64,000 nt of DNA from Octopus vulgaris (taxonomy: Eukaryota), in the NCBI GenBank assembly GCA_951406725.2, contig OX597817.1:119722001-119786000 (forward strand), given 5' to 3'. The position numbers and the translations under genes were made by a program. The notes beneath the pieces were generated by a model. That model saw nothing but the letters and a program-made list of their open reading frames with translations, was not told the DNA's origin and did not search any database. Within the stretch, counting starts at the first letter, position 1, and each line of letters opens with the position of its first letter. Shown here piece after piece: positions 1-13,828 of the stretch.

Positions 1-181
1 GACTCCTTCCGGGATTTTCTCATACCATGTCTTTGCTTTGTAGGCCATGATTTCCACAGAGCTCCCAATAGATCATTCTTGCCACATTGTCATGACATCT
101 TTTATATTCATGTTGTACCAATTTCAAACATTTGCTAATGATGTGCCATACCGTTTCACCCCTCTCACCACACATTCTGCA
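1..181 (-). mobile_element. 5'-truncated R4/Dong-type (restriction-like endonuclease) non-LTR retrotransposon fragment, zinc-knuckle region
   Basis: Minus strand translates CRMCGERGETVWHIISKCLKLVQHEYKRCHDNVARMIYWELCGNHGL, then after a frameshift WYEKIPEGV. This is the CCHC knuckle plus RHD/N motif of R2/R4-superfamily elements. It abuts a decayed (TAA)n tract. Confidence 0.85.
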
Positions 182-349
182 TTATTATCACTACTACAAT
201 TATTATTGAGTGAGAGAACAGTGCATGCCATCAGTGACCCTGGCATACAAATATATGAAGCCCAATATACCCAGCTTGACTACCCATCTGATGAGAGTAC
301 ACCAAGCACATGCATCCCAACCATATGTGTGCAACATGGTGACCTCATA

Positions 350-690
350 TCATCCTTTTGGATTCAATAAAATAAGTACCAGTTGAGTACTGGGGTTGAT
401 ATAATAAACTTTACCTCACCCCTGAAATTGCTAACCTTGTGCCAAAATTTGAAACCATTATTATTATTATTCCTATTATTATAAGTAATTTCATTAGCAC
501 ACAAGACAAAATTCTCAGCAACATTTAATCTGTCTTTGCATTCTGAGTTCAAATTCTGGGGGTCAACATTGCCTTTCATGTTTTTGAGATTAATGAAATA
601 AAAGAGCAATGGTGATCACCATGATTAATTAGTTCGTTCTCTCAAAATTTCAGGCATTCTGCATATAGTAGAAAGGATTATTATTATAAG
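350..690 (+). mobile_element. Two decayed family-B SINE fragments ending in (TTA)n
   Basis: catcctttt..ataaaataagtaccagttgagtactggggt and ttctgagttcaaattc..gcctttcat match the intact copies at 30801-31031 and 38011-38241. Confidence 0.65.
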
Positions 691-3600
691 TAGTAGCAGC
701 AAAAGTAGCGGTAGTAATAGTAATGTTCTTGCTATTTGTATAATCATGAATGTATTGTATCCTGTAGTCGGGAATAACTAGTGCACTAACAAGCTTCTGT
801 TCTCAGAAAAGACCCTGTATGTATATAACCTCTGAGTTATTTACTTATCCATTTATTTATATCACATTTTGTTTACAATATCCTCGTCAGTTACTGCTCT
901 CCAATGACTCATTCAATACATACACACACATACATACATACACACACATGTATACAAATGATAAGTCCCCTTATCATTTACACAAACTTCTTAATAACTG
1001 ACGTTAGTCACCCATTTTTCATACCTCCTACCTACTCACTGCAGCTTACACCCATTCTCTTTTCACATTCATTAAACCCCTTGACTGTAGTCTTCTGTTG
1101 ACTATCATAGATCAGGGATTCCAAGATATCTGGTCAACTTTTTAGTCTTTCATGCTCTCAGGCACTTCAAATATGCTAGGAATCTGAATTAGGTATACCA
1201 GACAAATGAACAAGATTATCATGCTTTTGTACCATATTATATATATATATATCCTCCTCATTATCATCATCATTTCCTTTTAAAGTCCACTTTTCCATGG
1301 TAACATGGGTCAGACTCATATATATCAAAAGTTATTTATAGCAAAATGAGAAAGAATGTATTAAAAGTACATAAAAGTTAAATTACTATAAAATAAAAAA
1401 TACAATAAAACATTTAAATGCAAAAGGTACATCCATATTACCCTGCATAAATACACACACACACACATAAACACACACATACACTATGTGTGTTATATGC
1501 AAATATGTTCTAAAGAATGCCTACCAAAATTCTACTCAACAAATATTTGTCAATCTGAGTTTGTGCAATAAGCCAAAACTCAAAAAGAATCATATGGTTA
1601 TGATGTGAATTTCTAAACCACAGTGCCAACAAAACCTGTGCTGAGAAAGGTATTTTTTGAAAAAGTTTTTTGGCATTCATGCTACTAAAAAGTTTCATGG
1701 TATTTAATAAATGATTAACATCCGTGTTCACTTTTAATTCTTAATCAAAAGAATACACTTTCTAACTCCATTCTGATCCTTCTTCAATATTGAAATGGAG
1801 ATGAATGTTGAGCAAGAAACAGAGATTGGAAATCATATTTCATGAAGAGTAACATGAAGATGTTTTTGGAGAATATAATATAGACTTTCTGTCAGTGTCA
1901 ACCGAATTTATCATCACTACTTTAATCTTGATGTCAAAAACTGTAATTTGGAAACCATATTATTGCTTATTTTTATTTTCTCAAATTGACACCCGTTATT
2001 CCATCTGCAAAAACTCAATTCTGTATCATGCTATGAACCTGAGATTATGTTATTTTAATGCATGAACAAACTAGATCGAAGAGTACAAGATTGATTATAC
2101 ACTATAATGTAAGTTGATTTAAGCTAAAAACAGAAATAATCAATCTCTGGCCTGTACTATCAGCAAATAAAAATAAACAATTGAACAATAAAATTATATT
2201 TCGTAATTTTTGCAAAAAAAAAAAAAAATACTTGAAATATCTCATTCTTCCTATTTATATAAATAGAAGCTTATTTCTAATATTCATCCTACTCCTGTAC
2301 TTCTAGGTCGATAATCATTACAAGGAAAGAAGAAACATCCTGCTTTCCTTCCTAAGAAATTGACATAAAGGAATAAGCGGTCTAGAACATTTAAATATTT
2401 GAAGTTTCAGAGCACTTGTCGAGACCTATATATCACCTTCCATAGTGCAAAATTATCAACATTTTCTACTTCATTTTCTATGTAAATTACCAACTGAACA
2501 ATATATAAGCAAAATAGATAATGGTCCACAGAGTGTGTTTCAATGTAATTGTATCTTTTCTTGAAACTATATCCTTTTATTCAGCAGAGTAATATATCTA
2601 CATAATTATGTTTTCAAATCCAGTAACTACCTTGACTGAGTTGAAGCAAGTTTTCAGTAGTCTTTTCCCATACCACTAAAAGAATGTGTTATCTGATGGT
2701 GTTGTAAATTTATTTTTGGTAAAAAAAAAATTTTTTAAATAAGATACTAAGAATTCAATGTGAGAATATTAACATATACTATTCAAAGATAATTCATACC
2801 TATACAAAAAAAAACAGTAATAAACAAAGATAAGCAACAGAGAGCTACTCACAAACACACACAATCAAATCTTTCCTGTTGAGCATGAACTTCAATTATT
2901 CATTGAAGTTGAATTTTTGGCAAAAGACAAAAATAAGAAATGAGAGACATGAAAGAAATTGTAAAAGATATAGGTTAAAGATATAGAAAATAAGTAAAGG
3001 ATCTATCATCACCTTCCAACCAATCTCTATATCTCCAATGGGAAATTGAATAACATTTAGACAAATTTTTTGAGGGTTTTACAGATTAATGTTAAAACCT
3101 TCACATGATTCCCACAATAAAAGTCATTTAGAATTAATCACCTAAGGTTTTTGAAAGACAATAATAGATGCTAAGTTATATTTTTCTAAAATTAACTTTT
3201 AAATGGAAAAGAAAAAAGTTCAGATGTACTTTGTAAAAGACACTTGCATATGAAGGCACACACATACACCTACACAATGTATACATGTTGTAAAGGGCAT
3301 CGATTTGGTAAAATACATTATAACATAGTAAAGCAGATGTAAAATTATGATGATTTTTCAAGCAGTAAGTTAAAGAAAATAAAAATATTTCACTAACAGT
3401 TTCAATTAGTAAGAAAACTGTGCATTTGAATATATAAAAATATTTTCTCTCAATTTATTACCCACTCTTTTATAATATAAAGATGATATGAAATAACAAA
3501 ATTGAACTAGGACTTCATTTTATATTATTAAAAATGTAATATAAAAGAACTAATAAACTTTTAAACCTGACAGGATTATGATGCAGTTTTGGGGAGCTGA

Positions 3601-4801
3601 GAAGCAAATTCTCAAATCTTTTATAGGCAAAAGATGAACATTACATGTATTTCATATTAAAGATGAATATTACAGCATGCATTTCATATAAAATCCATAA
3701 CGAAAGTGAATTAGTAAAATAAAAGAGTATATTAATGAAATAAATAAAAATTTAAGCACATATACTCTTTATTTCCTATTCACTCCCTTTGCTGTCTCTC
3801 TCTCACTCTCTCTTTCTCCCCTGCCCTCTCTCTCTCATGCGTACAAACATAAGAAAGTTTGTAATATGAAGTAGTATTACTATATTAAAATGTATTGAAT
3901 TATGGTTTAAATATTTTTCTTGCACAAAGTTCTAAGCATATATGTTGTTAATCCTTAGAAACTAGATAAGAAATAAAAAGGAATATCCAATAAAATAATT
4001 TACTCATGAGTTATCACATATAAAAATATATTACATAATTACTTGTATCAAAATTTTTTCCATGTACCTATTTTTTAACAATTGAATGATATTCCATTAA
4101 TCAAACTTCACTTGTTTAAATTGCACTTTCTTACTTTAAAACACCATCACATTATGATCTGTTTCTTTTCTAGGCATGAAATCATCCTAGCATCATAAGC
4201 AACTCAAAAGTAATCTTAGTATTTAATAAACTTTTTTAAAATTATATTTTCTTCCAGAGCTATGGCAAAAAATATTTGAACTGTGTTATTTTTTAATATA
4301 TACTTTGAAGTCATGTTTCCAGGTTTGATCACAATATGTTATATCATGGGTATGGGTTTTCTATCTTAGCCCAGAATCAAACTACAACAATAATTTGCTA
4401 GATGGAAAAACCACTATGAAAAACAACTAAATGAGCATGACACTTTCAGATTGATATTGGTAAGGCTGAGGTAGATAATAACACATTTGAAGGTACACAG
4501 CTACAAATTTATAAAAAAGAGGCATAGCCATGATTGTGTGGAAAAGAAGCTTGTCATCTTGGGTCCAGTCCTGTAGTACATACAGCATCTTGAGCAGGTG
4601 TCTTCTACTATAGCCCAGTGCTAACAAAGGTTTTGCGAGCAGATATCGCAGACAGAAAATGAAAGAAGCCTAATATATGTGTGTGCATATACCCTTGTCT
4701 TGACATCATGAGATGATTGTAAAGAAGCATCACCATCTTACAAGCAACATCTTTATGTTTCTAGTCTTCTGTGAAAAATGTTTCAGCGTGGGAAACATTG
4801 T

Positions 4802-5025
4802 GGAGGAGAATGGATTACTGGTTAGGATGCTGGACACATGATAGTGAGATTACAGTTTAGATTCTTGGACCAGGAAATATGTTGTGATCTTGAGCAAAAG
4901 TACTTCATTTCACATTGCTCCAATCCACTCAACTGGTAAAAATGAGTAATCCTGTGATAGACTAATGTCTGTTCCAGAGAGATATATGTATACCAGAGAA
5001 ACCAAGAAACCGACCCAAAGCTCCT
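4802..5025 (+). mobile_element. Decayed tRNA-derived SINE (head C + tail V), nested in an older RTE-tailed SINE (~4490-5195)
   Basis: cttgagcaaaagtacttcatttcacattgctccaatccactcaactggtaaaaatgagtaatcctgtgat aligns with the copy at 21163. Host element resumes at ~5070 and ends in a (GAT)n-like tail. Confidence 0.65.
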
Positions 5026-6199
5026 TACTGAGTAACGTGGACTAACCTAACCAAAGAAAATACTATCATGCTATGAAACAGTTGAAGGTAGGCAATAGGA
5101 AAGGCATCTGGCCATAGAAAATTAGCATCAACAAATTTCGTCTAACCCATGCAAGCATAGAAAACTGGATGCTAAAACAATGATGGTGATAATGATAAAT
5201 AATACACACATATGTATGGGATAACAAAATCTTTGCAGCATTAAGCAAAAATAACATGTGATATATAATTAAATTCCTTTATATTCCCATTATGGCATTT
5301 CATGCCCAATTCAGGCTTACATTTTCTCTCTCAAACATAACTGGGATGATATAATCAACAAAAACCTTTGTAGGCAGAGTCCAGCATGGCAACAGTCTGA
5401 TGACTGTGACAAGTAAAAAAAAAACCCAAAAGAATGTGTTATTTGACAGCTGATTGTAAATTTGCATTTAATAACATAAACAAAAATACAAATTTATCAA
5501 ATGCTTTGAAAGAGAACAAGGCAATGTAGCTGAGTTGGAAGAATGATAAGCATGTGTTTAGTTAAAAAGCATTAATATGAATTAGTTAATAATATTCTTT
5601 CCGTCTTTAATTTATTTTCAGTTAGGTAGAATTTATATAAAGAATAATTAGAATAAAGTCACTGACTCAATTTCCTACTCTGAAAGCTTCTATCAGGCAT
5701 TAAAAAATATTTTATTTTATTTCCCCAAATGAATAGAGGACTATGAAACATATTGTTAATAATTAAGTAGAAAATCTAACATTGGAAATGAACTATTGAA
5801 AATTGAAAGGAAATATTTTCAAATATTCACTCCACTTCAAATATTGGAATTAGCAAATTTATCATACAAGACTAACAAAAAAAAATACAAATAACTCTTA
5901 ACTACATATTTTCAAATAATTGGTAAGCCAGTCAAAATTTTTATGAAACCAATCTGAACTTGCCTGTATGAAAACTGAATAATGAAATTGCCCAATTTAC
6001 TATGTACCCAAAACTGTAATTGATACAAGTACCTGTCATAAGCAATATTTGAACTCATTTATAAAAGTCAATTTCCATGAATAACAATTCATTGAAAAAA
6101 CTTATTGTCATCTTGATTAAATAATTAAAATCATGTTGAATTATCCATTAATTTGAAATATTTTGAAACTGGCAAGAATGTTTGAATTTTTGGATAAAT

Positions 6200-6400
6200 A
6201 CTGGTTTAAAATTTTGGCACAAGATCAGCAAATCTAGGGGAGGGGGAAAGTCAGCAACATCGTCTTGTATTTATTTTATCAACCTTTAAAGGATAACAGG
6301 CAAAGTCGACCTCAGCAGAATTTGAACTCACATTGTAAATCCAGAAGTAATGCCACTAAGCATTTTATCCAATGTGCAAATGATTCAGTCAGCTCATCAC
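6200..6400 (-). mobile_element. Decayed family-B SINE
   Basis: ggcaaagtcgacctcagcagaatttgaactca..actaagcattt matches the reverse complement of family B. Confidence 0.7.
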
Positions 6401-7734
6401 ATTTGCAATACTGATAACATAATCATAAGAGAAAAAGTTTTGTGGAGTAAATTGGTAGAAATAACCATGTAAACTTGAAATTTTGCAATGGAAATGTATC
6501 TTGAACAATGATAGTTAATAAATAGTCATTCATGTTTGTTAAAGAATAAAAGACTAATTTTGTTAGTGTTACACAAAAACATCTAATTGTAATGTTCAAT
6601 AAGTTACATTCAATGCATCTGTGACAATTAATGGCTATTCATTTGTTTCTACAATTAGATTGTTATAATGTAATTTTTATCTACATACTCATTATGATAA
6701 GTTAATGCAATATGGATTCACTGCTTCTACTTACTTTATCAATTAAAATATTTCATAAAATCTCTACATATGCTTTGATTCACTGATTTCTAATACCATA
6801 TGTACTAATATGTAAGTTACAACAGTATATTAAGTCACACCCTCTTTGTATGCATAACAGTTTATTTGATTTCAGCCTTCGACACATGTTAATTGCATGC
6901 TGCCTTTCATAAATGTTGTTTGCAACTTCGCTTAAATAAATAAAGAGAAACATTTCACTAAAGTAATCCCGACCATTGCCAATGCAGTCTAGCAAAGTCA
7001 TAGTACCACAGATACCATAGCAAGGTATTTCTATGGTCTGAAACCTGGAGCACACAATTAACCAATGTTATTGAACTGCCTGTTTTATATAGGGATATAT
7101 AATAACAGTATAAGAAGCACGTAATAAAAAATCAGATTACAGTTGGCTGATGGAAACCACACATTCCACGTATGTGTTAGTCACTTCTGGTTTAGTGTGA
7201 GCTGCCATAAATGTTTATTTGCTTACGATTCTCATATTCAAATAGGCGGAGTAGTGACACGACCAACTGTCTTACTTAATTATTTGCTGGTTTGTGTGAA
7301 CATGATGAGGATTTTGAGTACAGTGTTTGAGTAGATAAAATGTTGGTATGTAAGAAGCAGGCAGTCTATGCACTCATCTTTAGTTAAAAAAAATATGTGA
7401 TTGTTAATTATGAGTATTTTTACTAGTGAAGTACTGATTTTTTGATTTCTCACTTTACCCAAACAGAAAACCATTTTTGTAACAAATAGGGAATAAATAA
7501 ATATATCTGACAAGTGTGATAGGAATTTAAAAAAATAAATTTCAAGATTATCACTAAACATAGGACTACGGTTGGAGTATTGCAAAATATTTAGTTTGTC
7601 TACAATGGAGACCATCATCTTTTAGCTGACTTACACAGGAGATAATACATATATCTGCTGTGGAACTTAGTGTGTGTGTATGTATGTATATGTATGTCTA
7701 TGTATTGTGGGGGTGTATTTGTGTGTGAGTGTTT

Positions 7735-7980
7735 ACTTGTGCATGTGTCCTTGTTTTGACATCAAGTGATAGTTGTAAATAGCGTCACAGACATATAAGT
7801 GGTGTCATTCATTCCCAATCTTCCGTGAAAATATATCTGGTCGTGAGGAAGTAATAACTTGCTTAGAAACAAGTGGAAGTTGGCAACAGAAAAGGCATAT
7901 AGCCATAGAAAATTTGCCACAACAAATTCCATCTGACTGATATAAGTATAGAAAAGTAGACATTAAAACAATGATGGTAA
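7735..7980 (+). mobile_element. Decayed RTE-tailed SINE (family F); related copies at ~4690-5195 and ~58975-59235
   Basis: Shared blocks ttgacatca..gatagttgtaaa, gttggcaacagaaaaggcat..gccatagaaaat and aaagtagacattaaaacaatgatg. Confidence 0.55.
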
Positions 7981-9377
7981 TATGTATATACACATGCACA
8001 CACACACATACACACATGCATACTGTTATTACTCTTGATAAATCATTTGTATATTTATTCAACAATAGCGTTTGGGCTTAATTTATTGCCCTGAAGACAG
8101 AAATTGCCACATATGAACCACTACAATTTAGTTACCTTCAATTGATTTAATAATAAAAAAAAATGATCTTAAACAGGAACACAAGTAATTAAATTAGATA
8201 GAATCCAATTTTATATTGGAATTCTATGTGTATTTTTAACAAGAGGATTTTAAGACTGAAGACAATCAATGATAGTTTCATGAAGAGTAAATTATAAAGT
8301 AAAACTTTATTAAATGGCAATAGTGGTGTGCACCATTAGCACAAGAATGAACATATGCTTTGAATCATTCAACAGCAAGCACACAAGGTTATGACAGTTA
8401 CTTTGTGTGAAAACAAAAAAGATGCTTATTGTTTTTCAGTTTTAATCTTTTGACATTAAGATCATTACCCAAAGCACTGATAGTATTCATATGTCTGGGT
8501 TTTTGACCTCACATTTGTTGTATATATGCTCTTTCTAATTCACAAATAATTACCAGCTTCTGCATCAAAATGGTTTTTTAGATATATCAGAGAAGACACT
8601 TAAAGATTTTTAGAAATATCCCAATCATTCTGATTTTTATTTTGTTCAATAAAAATGACAACCTATAGTAGCAGTAGTATGTGTTTGTATGTTAATTTCA
8701 ATAACATTTTAAGTTTCTGATCAGGGAAATTTTAATTATTAATTTATCATATTATATTCTATTAGTAGCATGAGTAAAACCGTTTCTGACCCTAATTCTG
8801 ACCTCAAATTCTGTTAAAATTCAGTACAATCTAGGAATATGTGGACTTCCAACAGTTTTGAAGAAACATACACACCAAATGAAACCTTAGCATATGATAG
8901 AAGATAACTATACTTCATTGACTTTCACTGTATATCAAGATACAGAGAATTAGCTGCCCAAGAATCACAGTCCTCCACAAGACTTTATTAGAGTGATGCA
9001 AAAGTAAATAAAGCCATATCTGACACTAACATGACTTCGGAAGTTGGCAAATAAGTTTATCAATTGATATCTGAATATCGTTTAGCAGTATTTTCGCTTT
9101 GTTGATTACTATATTGCAGTATGATTAGAATAATCATATAATCCCTTTAATTTGTCAGTCCAGGGTTAGATATAGAGAGATAAATCATGATTAATATCTA
9201 AAGACAGAGTAAATTTCTTATCTTTATTAGTAAATCTATTATAGAAAATTATGTGACTTTAGACACATTAAGAAATTTGCATGCCTCATTATATTTTCTA
9301 CTCTGATAACACGAATTCATTGAAATTATTGTTTGTGTTATATACTGATATTCATTAGTATTTGCTATTATTTCATA

Positions 9378-9420
<43 letters not shown>

Positions 9421-10661
9421 TTTTAATAATGCTTTCTTAATATTGTTTGATATATACATATTGTAAGTTCACATTTTTCTTTCTACTGCGAACACATTTA
9501 TTAGTGTGTTATCATACTGTGCTTCTGTTTCTTTTTGCTTCATTTTTCATTTAAGCATAAGTATTTGAAAGAATGAACCAGATCAGTTGTTTTGTTACTA
9601 TATTGTATAATGGAAGAATGTTATTGAAAGACATCTATTATATATGTGGTTTCAACTGGTTATTTAATTGTTGCTAGTTTGCAATGTTGGAAGGTGTTCC
9701 TTCTATCACAGCAAAGAATCTATTAGTTACTCTTGAACTGCGTAATGAATGAAAAATATAACTAAGAATATCTTTTTCCTCAGGCTTAAAATAGAAAAGA
9801 AACGTTTATAGAGATCAAAATAAAAATATTGAAAGTTGCTTAATAGAATAAGAATTACATTTTGATATAAATTCACATCAGAATATGTATTTCTATAGCT
9901 CAATTACTTTGTATCATACACTAAGTAAGGAGACAAATAAAGTAAATGCATCAAACATTAATTTAACACATAAGTAACATTGCTGGGGCTTTTATATTGG
10001 TGTGGTCATGACTTTTAGCATTGAATGTTGAAAAGAATTATCAAAGCAACAGTTATAGAAGTTAAGCATTAAATCTAGAGGAGCACTGTTAAATACGTAA
10101 TAGAAATCACAAAAAATATTCAGAGTTTGTCTATTACAGGTAAAAATTCAAATCAAGAATCTTGCAAACCAGATAGAAAAATGAACTGTTCAAACTAGCT
10201 AAGCTAGCAAAATACTGAAAAGCACTATGTTCTGCAGTCACAAGATCAGAATAACCATTTGACAGCTTTGTTTTATAAAGGTATGCATCAACTCTAGGCT
10301 GCAAACCAACATCATCAATTTGGTTGCAAGAAAACTCCAGCTCACAAAATAACCTTTAAACTAGGACACAGGCAAACAGACCTGAAACAGGCTTGGAGTA
10401 GGGAGAGCATGTCATTGATAATGTACTGAATATGTACAAAAGAGCTATTACAACAGAACTGACTGACCAAACGATGAATGAAATGATTGATTAGTTGGTT
10501 GGTTAAATGTTAACGAATTGGCTAATAATATTAAAGTGAAAGAGAACCAGTGTGTGTCTGTTATTGGCATAATGACCTTCCCAAGACATAAAATCTATTT
10601 CAACATGTAGGTTCACATTATCAATATGGCAACTAAATACAAAAATTATATATATATATAA

Positions 10662-10830
10662 AGTTAATCCAAACAAGAAAACACAAAAAAACACAACAAC
10701 GCGAGGACATGGAACAAATATAGTATTATTGGACGCTCAGGGAAGAAGGAGGGTTTAACGTTTCGAGCGGAGCTCTTCGTCAGAAACATAGGAGAAGGAA
10801 AGATCCAGAGAAGGGAAGACACAAGGTCAC
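10662..10830 (-). mobile_element. Short Penelope-like (pLTR-derived) element with hammerhead-like motif, flanked by (TA)n
   Basis: Near-identical second copy at 35791-35992. Minus strand carries GTTT-CTGACGA-A-GAGC(TCC)GCTC-GAAA-CGT-T-AAAC. Penelope assignment is inferred from the motif. Confidence 0.65.
10753..10787 (-). ncRNA. Minimal type I hammerhead ribozyme-like motif
   Basis: CUGACGA and GAAA core boxes, 4-bp stem II, palindromic ACGU stem III, GUU triplet, 4-bp stem I, and one extra A after A9. Confidence 0.6.
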
Positions 10831-11094
10831 AATATATATATATATTGAGTTCACAGTAAGCTCCCTGCCTTGTGCATGGCCATCAACAAAGACAGTGGTT
10901 AAGGCTAGGAAGCAACCTCACTACTGTTCAGAAAACACAAGAATTGAAATGGTAGAGAGCATGTATAAAAACTGATGAGGTAAGAGAAGTAAGAGAATAG
11001 ATGTTTATTCAAATAGTTGACAGCCTTTTAATAAACTGTATTAGGTGCATAAGCAATACTTCATCATTCATCTCACATATATAAATCAGTATAA

Positions 11095-11125
<31 letters not shown>

Positions 11126-12630
11126 AATATATACACAAACAAACACACACACCCGTAGATATAATTGCACAGTAAGTTAACAAACATATTACACTTCAGA
11201 ACATTTCATGGCAGGTTAAAACACCATATCTGCTGTAAGTAGTAAACAGTTTCATTATATAGTCAAAGACAACAAATGCATTTTGCAGAATTCAATGTTA
11301 TAGGTAATTGAATTATCATATATGGAGTGCACTAATGAAACAATGACAGTAGATAAATATGAATTCAGGAAAAGAATTCAGTAAAATAAAGTAGATACAA
11401 TAAAATCAAAAAATAAAAGACAATATAAGAAAGAATAAGTTTATCACAAAGATTTGGTTGACCATCCCGTAGTATTGAAATGAATAGACCTTATGCCAAG
11501 AAAAATGAATAAAATAGATACAAGAATAAATAGACAAATGAATAGAATGAAAATATGGAGAAAATGAAGAAAAATAAACAGGGGCTTAGATATGGAGATA
11601 AGTGGCCAGGTTTGTTAATGACATTGTATTTGTTTTAGCAGAGGTACTTAGGTGCAGATCAAAGCAGCCTGCATAGCTGATTCAAAGGACAGAAATAGAT
11701 AAATGTGTTTATATAGAAGAATTTTTCCTTCAAGCATGTTTCATTACAAATAAATTGTAATCTAATTTTATTTATTTTATGAAAGTTTATTTACGTTTTT
11801 GCTCGTGGCTCCTATTATTTATTTGGAACTGTAAAATTGCTAAATCATCATCAAAATTTTGTAGAATTTTCTTTCTCCGTACTTTTATCCTCAGGGAGAA
11901 GTGACGATGGCATGTACCACTACTCTTTATAATGATTGGTGTAGCTTTTACCATTGAATTTTGACAAATTTAAATATCATCCACCAGGTGTCTATGTCTT
12001 TGTTTTGGATTAGTGCAAGTCATTTGTACATTTATTTTAGGACCAAACTGTATTATAGTTATAGCTTTCATCATATATTGACTATTTCTGTAGGAAATTA
12101 TGTAGACTACAGATGAGGTCTGTACTCTAATGTTCAATCTAAGAAAGTTTTGAAATGTTAATGGTGACCTTAGGGATGTTAAGGTGTGTCACAAACTACA
12201 AGTAACTGAAAAGATGAAACAATAAAAAAAAGAATCAAACAAAAATCTAGAATGCATAGGTACAGGCATATATGAGTGTATGTTAATTTTTTGGTATTTT
12301 TGTGAATTTGTTTGTAAGTATAACTTAATGGTTAAGGAGCATACTTCAAAATCAAAAGGTCCTTGGGCAAGTACTCAAGATACCACATATTACAATCATA
12401 ATCCTATCAAAACTATAAATCAATGCAAGTGTTGTGAGAGAAACTGGGTGGGAAGAAACATCTAAACCCATCTGATAACATGTGCCTTACATTAAGGGTG
12501 CAAGTGTTTGTGGAATGTTCAGCCAAATGCACACTGATGATTCAATCAGCATGCAGTTTCGGAAATTACACAACCAAACACTCATCATAAAACATTTTAT
12601 TTATATATATATATATATATATACATATAT

Positions 12631-12845
12631 ACCAATGAAAAGGTGAAGAAAACAAAGAAAATTCTTTGTCTTCATCTGTTCATGGGATTATTTATTCTTT
12701 GCCAAACCCATTTTACGGTATAATCATCATGAAACTTGGATTTTCTCCACCTGAAGAATTCTGGCTTCTGCCAGAAACCTGACAGTGTTGATAGTCCAGT
12801 ATTTGGGTCGAGTGCTTCCCTGGAAACACCTCCACCTGATCTTAT
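12631..12845 (+). mobile_element. Possible Penelope-like short element between (TA)n/(TG)n tracts with a degenerate hammerhead-like motif
   Basis: cac-CTGAAGA-attc-tggc(ttct)gcca-GAAA-cctgac-agtg at 12748-12787. Core boxes are present but geometry is imperfect. Confidence 0.3.
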
Positions 12846-13094
12846 ATATGTGTGTGTGTGTGTGTATGTGTTTTATAAAATACATAACTATGATCTAGTT
12901 TTAAATTTAATCTTTTTTATTTTTATATTTTGAATATTTTCTGATTAGATTTTTTTGTTTTGCAGCTGTTTGGGAACAGTAGAGTTTCCTAAATCCACAT
13001 CCAACATATTTAGCCCTGCCGTCTCATTAGCAAGATTTGAACTGAATACTGTATGTGCATGTGTGTGTGTGTATATATATAAATATATGTGTGC

Positions 13095-13134
<40 letters not shown>

Positions 13135-13689
13135 GAGCATGTGTATGTATACATTTACATGCAATGCATACACAATAGGTCTGTTGGTCTGTGTATTCAG
13201 TTTCCTACTTTTGTTTAACAGACTATCAGGTTCTTTCATAATGCTATTTATCACTTGTATAGAAGTTTCCTGTATGCTGCCTTGAAATATCCTTTCTTTC
13301 ACAATTTTATAGGAAAGTGGTAAAGTCGTTAGAACTTTCTTTTTGTCCAGATTTTTTCTGGCTCTCTGTCCCTTTTAATCATATCTTGTCAAGGTCAGCA
13401 TTGTCTTTCATCCTTTCAGGCTTGATAAGTAAAACATCTGCCTAAGGAAGCAGATTTGCAGAATTATTAATGTAAAATGAAATGTTTCATAGTGTTTGTT
13501 ATAGCAGTTTGCATGCTACTTTTTATCAATGGCCTTCCCATTGTAGATAAATGGTTCATTAGGGCCCAGCTAATGGTAATAAATCTCCAATAGGCAACAG
13601 AGGGATACATCAATTTGAACAACATCTTATTCACATCAATAAAAAAAAACATGTTCACACTACAGAAAGTAAGATATCTGCTTGGACAG

Positions 13690-13725
<36 letters not shown>

Positions 13726-13828
13726 GAAACCATTGTTTCATATATACATGTGTGTATGTTAACCTTTGATATAAAATGTCAACTGGTGTGGTTATGTCCC
13801 ACTGAACCAAGTAATGATTGCCTGAATA

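Noticed and set aside
47-370. 107-aa plus-strand ORF
   Set aside because: It is antisense to the R4/Dong fragment and crosses repeat junctions.
10846-10905. Helitron-like 'MAINKDSG' remnant
   Set aside because: Too short and degenerate to support.
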